Below, in pieces: positions 1-9,500 of a stretch of 64,000 bases of DNA. The translations under genes and the position numbers were made by a program. This DNA comes from Candidatus Binatia bacterium (GTDB lineage Bacteria > Desulfobacterota > Binatia > HRBIN30), in assembly GCA_026415395.1 (NCBI GenBank), contig JAOAHD010000003.1:135195-199194 (forward strand), written 5' to 3'. The notes under the pieces were generated by a model. It was not told the origin of the DNA and made no database searches. It saw only the letters and a list, made by a program, of their open reading frames with translations. Numbering within the stretch: the stretch's first letter is position 1; every line of letters begins with the position of its first letter.

Positions 1-11
1 TTGCCCATTGG

Positions 12-1583
12 GTGCAGTGCCTTACTGCGGCTCTCGGTACGGGGCAGGATCCTCTTCGAACCTTGGCCCAATTGGTTTGCAAGTGGAACGCCGCCGAACG
101 CCCCGATGAGGAAGAGCTGGAGATCGTTCGCAGTATTGCCCGTGTCTGTCAAGAACCTCCGCTACGCCTGAGCTGGATCGGGTTTTACATCCAAGAGGGC
201 GAGAACTTCCGCGCCGTTGAGCTGCCCCGGTCCGAGGGAGAGCCTTTGCTGCCTCCACTTCCCTATTCAAGGTTTGTGCAGGGGCTGGCTGATGCTGACT
301 TGTTGATGGAGCGGTTTGACTGTGCTCCCTGGCTACCGTTGCACTTGTTTTTGGATCCGAGCGAGAACCGAGAGGAGTTCTGTCAGATACGGCTGCTTCC
401 TTTGTTGGTTTTGGGCAGGATGGTTGGCCTCGTTTGCTTGCTCGCACCGGAAGCGCGCCGTTGTGTGGAGGACAATCTGGTTGTCCACCTGATGATTGCC
501 TGTGCGCCGCTGAGTTTGTGGTGGGCGTTGCGAGGACCCGGAATTGGTGGTGATCGAGAGGAGACGAACTCCTCGCAGTGGAGCGCTTCTCGGTTAGATC
601 GTAAGGATGTTTCCAGTCGGGGTTCACTAAAACCACTGGTGTTTCCGGAGCTGGTAGGCGAAAGTTCGTCGTTTCTTCATGCGCTTGCTCTGGCCCAACG
701 ATGGGCGGCTGGCCGTGCCCCCATCTTGATCACGGGCGAGACCGGGACTGGGAAGGAGCTCCTCGCCCGGGCGATCCATGCGCTGAGCCCCCGCCGCGGT
801 GGGCCGTGGGTGGCAGTGAATTGCCCGGCAATTCCGCGGGAGCTGGCCGAAAGCGAGTTGTTCGGTCACGAAAAGGGAGCATTCACGGGTGCTACCGAAG
901 CACGACCGGGACGTTTCGAGCGGGCCGATGGCGGCGTGCTGTTTTTAGACGAGGTTGGAGACTTGCCCGCTACGATACAAGCAAAGCTTTTGCGCGTGCT
1001 TCAGGAGGGAGAGATCGAACGTGTTGGTTCGGCAAGGGCGAAGAAAGTGGACGTGCGGGTGATCGCCGCAACCAACCGAGACCTTAACGAGGCGGTGCGG
1101 CTTGGTGACTTCCGTCGAGACCTTTACCACCGGCTTGCGGCATTGCCCATCCACTTACCACCGTTGCGGGAGCGAATAGGAGATATCGACCTCCTCGCCT
1201 GGCATTTCCTCCAAAAGAGCTGTGATCGATATGGCAAACGGATTGATGGAATGGCGCCAGGAGTGCTCGAGAAGTTGAAGGCCTACGATTGGCCGGGAAA
1301 TGTCAGAGAATTGGAATACGTGATCGAGCGAGCTGTGCTGTTGGCTGGGGGACCATTCCTTCAGGTCGAACACCTCGCGGACTTAGAGGCGGGGCAAGGT
1401 CTCGTGGGTCTCAGCCTCAACGCACAACTACGCGTGGAAAAACTCAAGCGGGTGGAAGCAACCCTACGCCAGACCCAAGGCAATTGCGCCGAAGCTGCAA
1501 GGCTCCTTGGGATGTCGCGCGGCAACTTCGCACGCTTGCTCAAGTGTCTCCGCATCGACCCCCGACGATTTCGCCTGGAATGA
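12..1583 (+). CDS. Sigma-54-dependent transcriptional activator (bacterial enhancer-binding protein): N-terminal sensory domain, AAA+ sigma-54 interaction domain, C-terminal Fis-type HTH. Possibly truncated at the window's 5' edge.
   Basis: Walker A GETGTGKELLARAIH. GAFTGA-type motif ESELFGHEKGAFTGA. Arginine-finger region and C-terminal HTH (QTQGNCAEAARLLGMSRGNFARLLK). The reading frame is open to the window edge with a GTG at 12. There is no receiver domain. Confidence 0.85.
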   Translation: MQCLTAALGTGQDPLRTLAQLVCKWNAAERPDEEELEIVRSIARVCQEPPLRLSWIGFYIQEGENFRAVELPRSEGEPLLPPLPYSRFVQGLADADLLMERFDCAPWLPLHLFLDPSENREEFCQIRLLPLLVLGRMVGLVCLLAPEARRCVEDNLVVHLMIACAPLSLWWALRGPGIGGDREETNSSQWSASRLDRKDVSSRGSLKPLVFPELVGESSSFLHALALAQRWAAGRAPILITGETGTGKELLARAIHALSPRRGGPWVAVNCPAIPRELAESELFGHEKGAFTGATEARPGRFERADGGVLFLDEVGDLPATIQAKLLRVLQEGEIERVGSARAKKVDVRVIAATNRDLNEAVRLGDFRRDLYHRLAALPIHLPPLRERIGDIDLLAWHFLQKSCDRYGKRIDGMAPGVLEKLKAYDWPGNVRELEYVIERAVLLAGGPFLQVEHLADLEAGQGLVGLSLNAQLRVEKLKRVEATLRQTQGNCAEAARLLGMSRGNFARLLKCLRIDPRRFRLE

Positions 1584-1797
1584 AATCTTTTGCCAGAGAC
1601 CTGCCACTCATGCTGCAAACGCTCATCGGTGGTGGAGGGGCAGGCGTGGTGGCGCTTCTCGCGAGCAGGGACGCGTTGTGAACGCGCGAGGGCACGCTTG
1701 AGTTGCGCGCCCTCGGGTGACGACAATCAAGGCTCGGTGGTTGCTCTCGCGCCTGGCTTAGGAAGCGCCACCCCGAAAGCGGGGGTTATCCCCAAGG

Positions 1798-1820
1798 ACG
1801 CTTGATTATCAATCAAGCGT
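1798..1820. promoter_or_regulatory. 10-bp perfect inverted repeat ACGCTTGATT-ATC-AATCAAGCGT. Candidate enhancer (upstream activating sequence) for the adjacent enhancer-binding regulator, or an operator.
   Basis: Read directly: acgcttgatt atc aatcaagcgt, with arms that are exact reverse complements. It lies about 85 bp upstream of the sigma-54 promoter-like element and about 130 bp upstream of the P450 start. Confidence 0.4.
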
Positions 1821-1901
1821 ATGATTAAGACGTTTGCTTGAGACGAAGGCGACGCGAGGGTGAAATTGCATCGAACGGAGGGCCGCCCCGGATAACGTTT
1901 T

Positions 1902-1918
1902 GTGGACCTGAAAGTGCA
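1902..1918 (+). promoter_or_regulatory. Sigma-54 (-24/-12) promoter-like element TTGTGGACC-TGAAAG-TGCACC, i.e. GG-N10-GC.
   Basis: TGG at 1903-1905 and GC at 1916-1917 are separated by exactly 10 nt. The -12 region is GTGCA, against consensus TGGCAC-N5-TTGCA. A Shine-Dalgarno GAGGAGG sits at 1936-1942, 8 nt before the ATG at 1951. Confidence 0.4.
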
Positions 1919-1950
1919 CCTGTACGAATTGGCGAGGAGGTCAGAAGTCC

Positions 1951-3138
1951 ATGCCGACTACAGTAGAGTTGTTCGGCGGCACGATGATGAGTCCCGTCCC
2001 TAACCCCTACCCCGTTTACAAGCGCCTGCGCGACGAATGGCCAGTTGCGTTGGTGGATGGGATCTTCGGTCAGCACTACCTGGTAACCCGCTACGATGAC
2101 GCGATGGCGGTACTGCGTGACGCTGAGCGCTTTTCCTCCCACGCAAACGCTCGTGGGATTGGGTTGGTGTTTGGTCGCACCATCTTGGAGATGGATGGCA
2201 TTGAGCACATCCGGCACCGGCGGCTGATCACTCCCGCTCTCACCCCGAGGACACTCACGAGCGGCGCCCTCCCTACGGCGATCCGAGCGATGGCGCACGA
2301 ACTAATTGACCGTTTCGCTGCTCGCGGTGAGGCCGAGCTGGTGGAAGAGTTTACGTTCCTTTTCCCAATTCGGGTTTTTACTCAGCAGTTTCTGCAACTG
2401 CCTGAGCAGGACGCGAAACAGTTCCATCACTGGGCTTTGGATCTCATCAGTATCGCCGATGATCCTCCGCGCGCATTTGAGGCAGCCAACGCCATTGTGA
2501 ACTACCTGCGGCCGGTGTTGGAGCGCCGACGGCGTGAGCCGGGGGATGATCTTATTAGTCTCTTGGCCACTGCGCGGGTCGATGGCGAGCAGCTTTCGGA
2601 TGATGAGATCCTCAGTTTCTGCCGCTTGCTGGTCCCGGCTGGCGCAGAGACCACCTATCGGTTGTTAGGGAGCTGCTTATATGCGCTACTCACGCACTCC
2701 ACCGTCCTCGAAGACGTGCGAGCCGGCCGCGTTTCCCTGGATCAAGTGATCGAGGAGACGTTGAGGTGGGAGTCACCGGTACAATATGTGACGAGAGAAA
2801 CCACGGTAGACACTGAGCTTTCTGGCACCGTGATCCCGAGGAAAATGCTGGTGAGCGTTGCCTTAGGGTCCGCCAATCGTGACGAACGGAAGTACCCGGA
2901 TCCCGACAGGTTTGACCCGACGCGCGACACGGAAGGGCATCTGGCGTTTGGTTTTGGGCGCCATTACTGCGCTGGTTCGCACCTGGCTCGTCTTGAAGCG
3001 CGCTTGGCTCTTGAGGTGCTATTAGGCCGATTGCCCGACCTCGTTCACGACAGAAGGTTTGCTGACAAAATTGTGGGACTAGCGTTCCGCTCGCCGGATG
3101 CATTGCATGTAAAATTTCGTACCGAAAAGATGGTCTAA
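1951..3138 (+). CDS. Cytochrome P450 monooxygenase
   Basis: Heme-binding loop FGFGRHYCAGSHLARLE (FxxGxxxCxG). I-helix AGAETT. ExxR motif ETLRWESP. Length 395 aa is typical for a soluble bacterial P450. Confidence 0.9.
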   Translation: MPTTVELFGGTMMSPVPNPYPVYKRLRDEWPVALVDGIFGQHYLVTRYDDAMAVLRDAERFSSHANARGIGLVFGRTILEMDGIEHIRHRRLITPALTPRTLTSGALPTAIRAMAHELIDRFAARGEAELVEEFTFLFPIRVFTQQFLQLPEQDAKQFHHWALDLISIADDPPRAFEAANAIVNYLRPVLERRRREPGDDLISLLATARVDGEQLSDDEILSFCRLLVPAGAETTYRLLGSCLYALLTHSTVLEDVRAGRVSLDQVIEETLRWESPVQYVTRETTVDTELSGTVIPRKMLVSVALGSANRDERKYPDPDRFDPTRDTEGHLAFGFGRHYCAGSHLARLEARLALEVLLGRLPDLVHDRRFADKIVGLAFRSPDALHVKFRTEKMV

Positions 3139-3218
3139 CGTCTGGCCTGTCAGTAGACCGCAGGGCACATTCTGCCGGGCCTTTGAATTGCCCAAAGTTG
3201 GCACGCTGCGGGACGCTT

Positions 3219-3953
3219 CTAACGAACCGGCTCGGCACCGACGGCGCTGTTGAGCAGCGTGGGCGGGCCGAACTGAACCAACCGTCCGCCGTTGAGAACG
3301 GCTACATGGGCAGCAAGTTGGCGCGCAAGCTGCGGTTGGTGGGTGACCATTAGCGTCGCACCTCCACGCTGCTGGAACTCCATTAAGACTTGCACGAAGC
3401 GGTCCACATTGGCGGCGTCCAAAGCAGAAGTCGGTTCATCGAGGAGCAGAAGTTGCGGTTCCATGAGCAGAGTGCGCAACAATGCCACTCGTTGCTGCTC
3501 TCCGCCCGAGAGTTGTCGAGGGTAGAGCTCGGACAGGTGGGAGATACCAAGGCGTTCAAGACCCGCGCGGGCTCGATCCCGAGCTTCACGCGGCGCCAGC
3601 CGCCGCACTCGAACGGGTGCCTCGATAAGGTTTTGCAAAACTGTGAGGTGGGGGAACAGGTGCAAATCCTGGAAAACCATGCCAACTGTCCGGCGAAGTT
3701 GCAGCAGCAGCTTTGCATCCGCGCGCTCGCAGAGGCCCGGGCGAAGTCGAATTCCGGCAACTTCGATCTCACCGCTGGCGAGCGGTGTTAGGTAGTTGAA
3801 GGTGCGCAGGAGTGTAGTCTTGCCGCTTCCCGAGGGTCCTACGATGGCGACGAGCTCTCCTGCCATAATCTCGAGTGAAACTCCCTCAAGTATGCGCTTC
3901 CCGTCGAGCGCCACAGAAACATCACGTGCACGGGCGATGCTTTGCGAACTCAT
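3219..3953 (-). CDS. Polar amino-acid ABC transporter ATP-binding protein (GlnQ/HisP-like)
   Basis: Walker A GPSGSGKTTLLR. ABC signature LSGGEQQRVALLRTL. Walker B LLLDEPTSALD. The ORF track extends to 4055, but MSSQSIARARD is the likely start, overlapping the upstream permease stop by 4 bp. Confidence 0.85.
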   Translation of the reverse strand: MSSQSIARARDVSVALDGKRILEGVSLEIMAGELVAIVGPSGSGKTTLLRTFNYLTPLASGEIEVAGIRLRPGLCERADAKLLLQLRRTVGMVFQDLHLFPHLTVLQNLIEAPVRVRRLAPREARDRARAGLERLGISHLSELYPRQLSGGEQQRVALLRTLLMEPQLLLLDEPTSALDAANVDRFVQVLMEFQQRGGATLMVTHQPQLARQLAAHVAVLNGGRLVQFGPPTLLNSAVGAEPVR

Positions 3954-5497
3954 TGACCCTTTCCGAGCTTTTGCTCCAACCGCCGCGCGAGGCGGGAAAG
4001 AGGAAGGCTCATCGCCATATAAAGCGCGGCGCAGAGCAATCCAGGGAGAAGCCAACTCCGCACATCGACAGCCGTGATGGTCATCTGCTTGGTGAGCTCA
4101 ACGACCGTGATCACGGAGACGATGGACGAATCCTTCAGTAAAGCGATGAAATCATTAGCCGTTCCGGGCAGAGCGACACGCACTGCTTGGGGCATTAGGA
4201 TTCGCCGAAGGGCCAACCAACGTGACATTCCTAAGGCAAGTGCAGCCTCTTGCTGGCCTTTGGCTACCGCACGAAAACCGGCTCGGTACAATTCCGCTTC
4301 GTAGGCGGCGTAATTCATGCCCAGACCCACCACTGCTGTCGTGAATGCGTCGATCGCGATGAGGCGCGCGAGTCCGTAGTAGAGCACGTAAAGTTGAAGG
4401 AGTACGGGCGTTCCCCGAAACAACTCCACGTACCCTTGTACAACCGCCCCAATCAATGGATTCCCGTATTCTCGAGCTATGCTCAGGATAAAACCGAACC
4501 CGACCGCAACCCCCATGGCAAGAGTCGAGAGCAGAAGGGTAACTGCTGCCGCTCTCAGAAAGAGCGCGGCCTGGTTTGCCAAATTGATCGGAGCAGCCGT
4601 TTGGTCTCCGATATGCGGCAGGCCGCGTGCTGGCTCGATTCCCCAGCGGCGGAGGATGGCTGGAAGTTCGCCACGTTGTTCTAGAGAGTCCAAGGCTTGC
4701 GAGATCGCTTGTTGCAATGCGGAATCTTGCGGACGCAGAACCATCGCATACGTGCCTGAGCCGATTTGTGCCGCTTCCACGAGGCGAGCATGACGTGGCA
4801 GGTAACGGCGTGCAATCACATCGTCGATGACGACTGCGTCGATGCGGCTGACTTCTAAGTCGGTTAGCGGCTCGTCCACACCTTCGTATAGCACGAGGCG
4901 CACGTCAGTCTGGGAGCGGAGAATTTCGTGTGCGAGCGAGTTTGCAAGCGTTCCCACGCGCTTCTCCTGGAGGTCGGCAAGCCCCCGCACCCTGTAGGCG
5001 TCCTCCAACCGAACGATCAAGCTCTCGCGGAAACTCGCGTAAGGCCGCGTTAGGGCGAATGCCCTCGCGCGTTGGGACGTCACCTCGATACCGTTGACGG
5101 CGACATCGAAATTTCCTCGTTCGAGCGAGGACAACAGGGTTGACCAATCGTTTTGCACAAATTCCGCCCGAACTCCGAGTTCTCTGGCCACCGCTTCCAG
5201 GAGCTCCACCTCGAAACCTAGGAGGCGAGTGGGATCAGTGGGGTCGCGGAACACGTAAGGCTCGCCCCCTTGCAAATCCCCGCCCCAACGAAGCACGCCC
5301 CGTTGCAGAACCCTCGCAAGGCTGGCGTCGCTACTTTGGTCGGCTGCAGTGGCCGTTGCTTGAATGAGCCCAAGGCAGGCGAAAAAGAAAATCGCGCGCA
5401 AGCCCTTGCCCGGATGTTTCAGCACCTTGTTGGCATCAATGCACCCCCTTCGTTCCCGTTGCATCGTTTCAGGAGCGAGCGGCCGTAAGTTTCGCAA
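3950..5497 (-). CDS. Fused periplasmic substrate-binding protein (family 3) and permease of a polar amino-acid ABC transporter
   Basis: N-terminal signal peptide. Substrate-binding-like region GGDLQGGEPYVFRD...AVNGIEVTSQRARAF. C-terminal His/Gln-permease-like transmembrane domain (MPQAVRVALPGTANDFIALLKDSSIVSVITVVELT). Confidence 0.8.
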   Translation of the reverse strand: MRNLRPLAPETMQRERRGCIDANKVLKHPGKGLRAIFFFACLGLIQATATAADQSSDASLARVLQRGVLRWGGDLQGGEPYVFRDPTDPTRLLGFEVELLEAVARELGVRAEFVQNDWSTLLSSLERGNFDVAVNGIEVTSQRARAFALTRPYASFRESLIVRLEDAYRVRGLADLQEKRVGTLANSLAHEILRSQTDVRLVLYEGVDEPLTDLEVSRIDAVVIDDVIARRYLPRHARLVEAAQIGSGTYAMVLRPQDSALQQAISQALDSLEQRGELPAILRRWGIEPARGLPHIGDQTAAPINLANQAALFLRAAAVTLLLSTLAMGVAVGFGFILSIAREYGNPLIGAVVQGYVELFRGTPVLLQLYVLYYGLARLIAIDAFTTAVVGLGMNYAAYEAELYRAGFRAVAKGQQEAALALGMSRWLALRRILMPQAVRVALPGTANDFIALLKDSSIVSVITVVELTKQMTITAVDVRSWLLPGLLCAALYMAMSLPLSRLARRLEQKLGKGQ

Positions 5498-5614
5498 GCC
5501 TCAGTGGTGTTTTAGCAGCGAAGCGAGTCCGATAGTCGTCGTGTTTGGAAGAGCGGATGCCCCAAGCGTTGTTTCCAGTCGGTACGAGACTCAGGCTGCT
5601 CAAGCGCGAACGAA

Positions 5615-6442
5615 TTACGAAGCCACGATGACGGGAGCCACACACCAGGCTGTGGGGCCGCGGGAAGGTTCTATGTCAACGACGCAGACGAACGCGGCGT
5701 CGTCGGGATGAGTTGGCCAAAGTTGACTGAATACCAGAAAGTGCAATCGCAGGCGTTCTGGATCGCTTTCAACGCGACCAAGCGCATAACTTGCGCTCTC
5801 AGGGGGCAGCGGCAAACGCAAGCCCAGTAGCGACGGCTCCCACCTCTCGTACGCATGAAGACCTTGCTGCCAAACGCCTTGAACCTCGGCTGGCCAAGCG
5901 GCGAGTGGTCCAGGCCACGTGGCGAGCGACACCAAACGCAACTCGCGTAATTCTAAGGAACCCCCGGGGGAATTTTGTGCAAAGAGCGAGGATAACGATT
6001 GGTAGCTAGCAGCCGGAGTTCGCCATTCTCGCACGGCGCCAAGAGCGGGCGCTTCCAAAGAACCCTGCGGTGGGAGCACGGCTGGAGGCTGGGCTGTGCG
6101 CAACACCTCCGATTCGACCCTCAAAGCGGATGGCAATTCTATTTGCGCCGGGGCTTCTTCGTCAGGGTGCCACGGGTCTAAGGAAGGTGTTGGGGGGTTA
6201 ACTGGCCAAGAAGCCCATGCAGCATCGTCGGTAACCAGCTGGGAGGCTGCACCACCATGCATTTCCGGACCAATGGCAGCATGTTCCTCTAGGTGTAGGG
6301 ACTCTCGAGCCAAACGCCTGCGCCAGCGGGCGTCCGCCAAGCGTGAGAGGAGCGGCATCGAAACGATTAAAAGAACAGCGAGGGTGACGAACGCCACCTC
6401 CACGAGCGTAACGGCCGGCGCGGTAAGAACGAAGCGCTCCAT
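5615..6442 (-). CDS. Hypothetical membrane-anchored Pro/Ala/Leu-rich protein with a single N-terminal transmembrane helix
   Basis: N-terminal hydrophobic helix VTLVEVAFVTLAVLLIVSMPLL, followed by low-complexity sequence with no recognisable domain. It lies divergent to the giant protease gene. Coding status is plausible but unproven. Confidence 0.4.
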   Translation of the reverse strand: MERFVLTAPAVTLVEVAFVTLAVLLIVSMPLLSRLADARWRRRLARESLHLEEHAAIGPEMHGGAASQLVTDDAAWASWPVNPPTPSLDPWHPDEEAPAQIELPSALRVESEVLRTAQPPAVLPPQGSLEAPALGAVREWRTPAASYQSLSSLFAQNSPGGSLELRELRLVSLATWPGPLAAWPAEVQGVWQQGLHAYERWEPSLLGLRLPLPPESASYALGRVESDPERLRLHFLVFSQLWPTHPDDAAFVCVVDIEPSRGPTAWCVAPVIVAS

Positions 6443-6573
6443 TGCTGTACGAAAAAGCGCAAAGGCAGGGGCTTGGCAAGAACCACTACCCTAGAAGTCT
6501 TGTTACAAGTTGTGCCACTGCCCTGCCCTCTGGTATGGCGACGGGCCACGGACGCATCCACGAAGGAGTATGT

Positions 6574-9500
6574 ATGACCAAACGAGACTGGTGGTGGGCG
6601 GTGGTGCCTGCGGTGGTAGCTTATTCGCTCGCGTCTGGATCACGCCTGTCTGCCGAGTTCCCTTATCCAGCGAATCCGCGCCCGTGTGGTGCTTCGCAAG
6701 TGGACGAGGGTTGCATCGAAGCCCGTGATTTCGCCGCTTACTTATTCTTGCCGGAGGCGACGCCTCCTCTGGTTCCCAATGATTTTACAGGGGGCTCCAG
6801 CTGGAAGCTTGGGAGTGGTCAGACTGGAAATCCCGAGATCGACTCAAGTCCGCAGGAGCTGTTCGGTGTCACGGGGAGCAGCGTCGACCGCGCCTGGCAA
6901 GTGACCACGGGGCGGCCAGATGTACTGATTGCGGTTTTAGATTCGGGCATTCGCTGGCACCGGCAACTGCCGGATCTCGTGGGCAAGTTCTACTTGAATC
7001 GCGGCGAACTTCCGATTCCGGAAAATTCTTCGAACGAGTTCGACCCTTGGGACCGCAACCGTGACGGCGTGTTCAACGTGCGAGATTACGAGGCCAGTGG
7101 GGGCTGGCCACAGGATTCCCGAGTGGGAGACGCGAATGGCAACGGGCTTTTGGATCCGGAGGATTTGATCTTTCTCTTCTCAGACGGGCGCGATGATGAC
7201 GGGAATGGCTACGTGGATGACATCTCCGGGTGGGATTTCTTCGAAGATGACAACGATCCGTTGGACGAGGTGGAGTACGGCCATGGCACTGGTGAAGCGC
7301 ACGACTCGACGGCCGAGGCGAACAATGGGGGCTCAGTTGGGACGTGCCCAAATTGCATGGCGTTGATGGTGCGAGTGGGGGATAGTTTTGTCGCCGAGGT
7401 GAACGCATTTGCTCGCGGAGTCCTCTTTGCCGTGGACAGCGGGGCCTCGGTCATCCAGGAGGCCCTCGGCACGCTGAACCACTCGAGCTTCGGTCAAGCA
7501 GCAATTGACTACGCCTATCGCAGAGGGGTGGTCGTGATCGCCTCGGCGGCGGACGAAGAATCCCGACATCACAACTTCCCCGCGGCGTACGAGCGGACGG
7601 TCGTTGTGAACTCGGTCACGCGGTTCGCATCGATTGCGGGGTTAACGATGGAGCCTCAGTCGTACCTTTACCTAAACGGGTGTACCAACTACGGGCCTCA
7701 GATTGCGCTTGCGGTGCCATCGACCGCGTGTTCCAGCGAGGCAACTGGACTCGCGTCTGGTATTGCTGGGCTTGTACAGTCGGCTGCACGAAACGAAGTC
7801 GATCGGGGGCGGCTCACACGATATCGCACCGATACAGGCAAGTTCGCCCCTTATGCACTCTCGGCCAACGAGGTGAAGCAACTCCTCATCCAAAGCGCGG
7901 ATGATATTAACTTTGACGCTCGGCCAGACCTTGGCTTGCCGCAGAACTACCAGGTTAGCCTCGCCCTTCCACAAGGCATTCAGTCGGCGCGTTTTCCGTC
8001 CATTGCTGGTTTCGATCAATATTTCGGCTACGGGCGCATCAATGCGCGGCGCGCGGTAGAACTGGTGCGCGAAGCACGGATACCGCCTGAGGCGGAGCTG
8101 TGGAGCCCAAAGTGGTTCACAATCGTCTCGCCCGACCAGGGCAGTCTGGAGGTTGAAGGTCGTGTCGCGGCGAACCGCTCTCAGGGTTTCCACTGGGAAC
8201 TGGCTGTGGCGCCGGGTGTGCAACCTGCGGAATCCGATTTTGTCATCGTGGCAACCGGAGAAGAAGAACGGGCTCGCGCAGGAATCCTCGGTCGAATCGA
8301 TCTTGTCGATCTTGCGGCTCGCATGCCGCACGGGGCGGAGGGGCCACCCGTGGCGGTGGGCGGGCAGCCGGATCCGGATCGTTACACGGTCACTGTGCGC
8401 TTGCGGGTTCGCGACGCTACCGGCAATTTCGGTGAGGATCGCCGTGCTTGGTTTCTGCACCGTGACCGAGACGCGTTTCCGGGCACGCCGAAGAGGTTGG
8501 GGAGCGACGGCGCAGCGGCTCCAGTGTTCGTCGACGTGACGGGCGACGGGGCAGACGATCTTGTCGTGGCAACGTCCGAAGGGACTGTTCATCTCTTCAC
8601 CGGTGCAGATTTGCAGGAGCCTCCGGGATGGCCGGTTCACACGGACCCGATGGAAGTGCATCTGGACTCACCGGCTTTTCGCAGCGGAGAGCTGAGTGTT
8701 CCCCATGCGCCCATCCTTGGCATGCCGGCGGTGGGCGACCTCGACCGTGATGGGCAGGTGGAAATCGTCGCAGCCGACTTGTACGGCAAGGTCTACGTCT
8801 GGCAGGCGAACGGGCAACGGCGCCCCGGATTCCCAGTGCGAACACACCTCGAATTTTCCTTCCCTTTAAGATCGGAACGGGAGCAATTGCCGGATATGCG
8901 CCTCGTGCCAGATCGGATACACCGGCTCGACCCTGATAACCGGTTGGCGCGAGGCTTTGTTGCGGGGCCGGTATTAGGCAACCTCGATAGTTCCGAGGAT
9001 GGTTCTCTGGAAATCATTGCCGGCGCCATGGATCGTCATGTTTACGCATGGTTTTCCGATGGTCGCCCGGTCCCAGGCTGGCCGGTATTGCTGAAAGACC
9101 CGACGAAAGTCCTGAGCGTGGATCCCGTGACAAATCGGGTGCAGTTGGCGCCCGGGGCCGGTCAGCGAATGGGGACCAAGATTATCGTTCCGCCTTCCCT
9201 GGGAGACCTCGACGGCGATGGACGCCTCGAGGTGGTTGCCGCAGTGAATGAAGCGTATCGGGAAAGGATGAGCGCGGTGATTACCAACGTAGTCTTAAAC
9301 TTCCTGCAAGTCGGTGGGGCGCTTGAAGGCGGCAACACGCGTGTGTACGCAATCGACTCTGCCGGTACGAATCGCGGCAGCAGGCCGGTTCCCTTTGGTT
9401 GGAATGCTGAGGCTTTTCTGCCCGGATGGCCTGTGAAGTTAGCCATGTTGACCACTGAGTTGCTTCCAGTCGTGGGCACCGGAAGCAACGGTCCGGCGGC

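Noticed and set aside
3139-3218. Candidate bidirectional terminator between the convergent P450 and ABC ATPase (GGTCTA...TAGACC)
   Set aside because: It has only a 6-bp stem with a 16-nt loop and no flanking U/A tracts, which is too weak to call.
7672-8661. 329-aa antisense ORF inside the giant protease gene. Similar long antisense ORFs occur at 14183-14776, 15099-15809, 39417-39974, 44332-45003 and 47640-48638.
   Set aside because: Long spurious ORFs of this kind are expected in GC-rich DNA when stop codons are rare on the opposite strand. Their sequences are Arg/Pro/Ala-rich with no motifs, and each lies entirely within a well-supported gene on the other strand.
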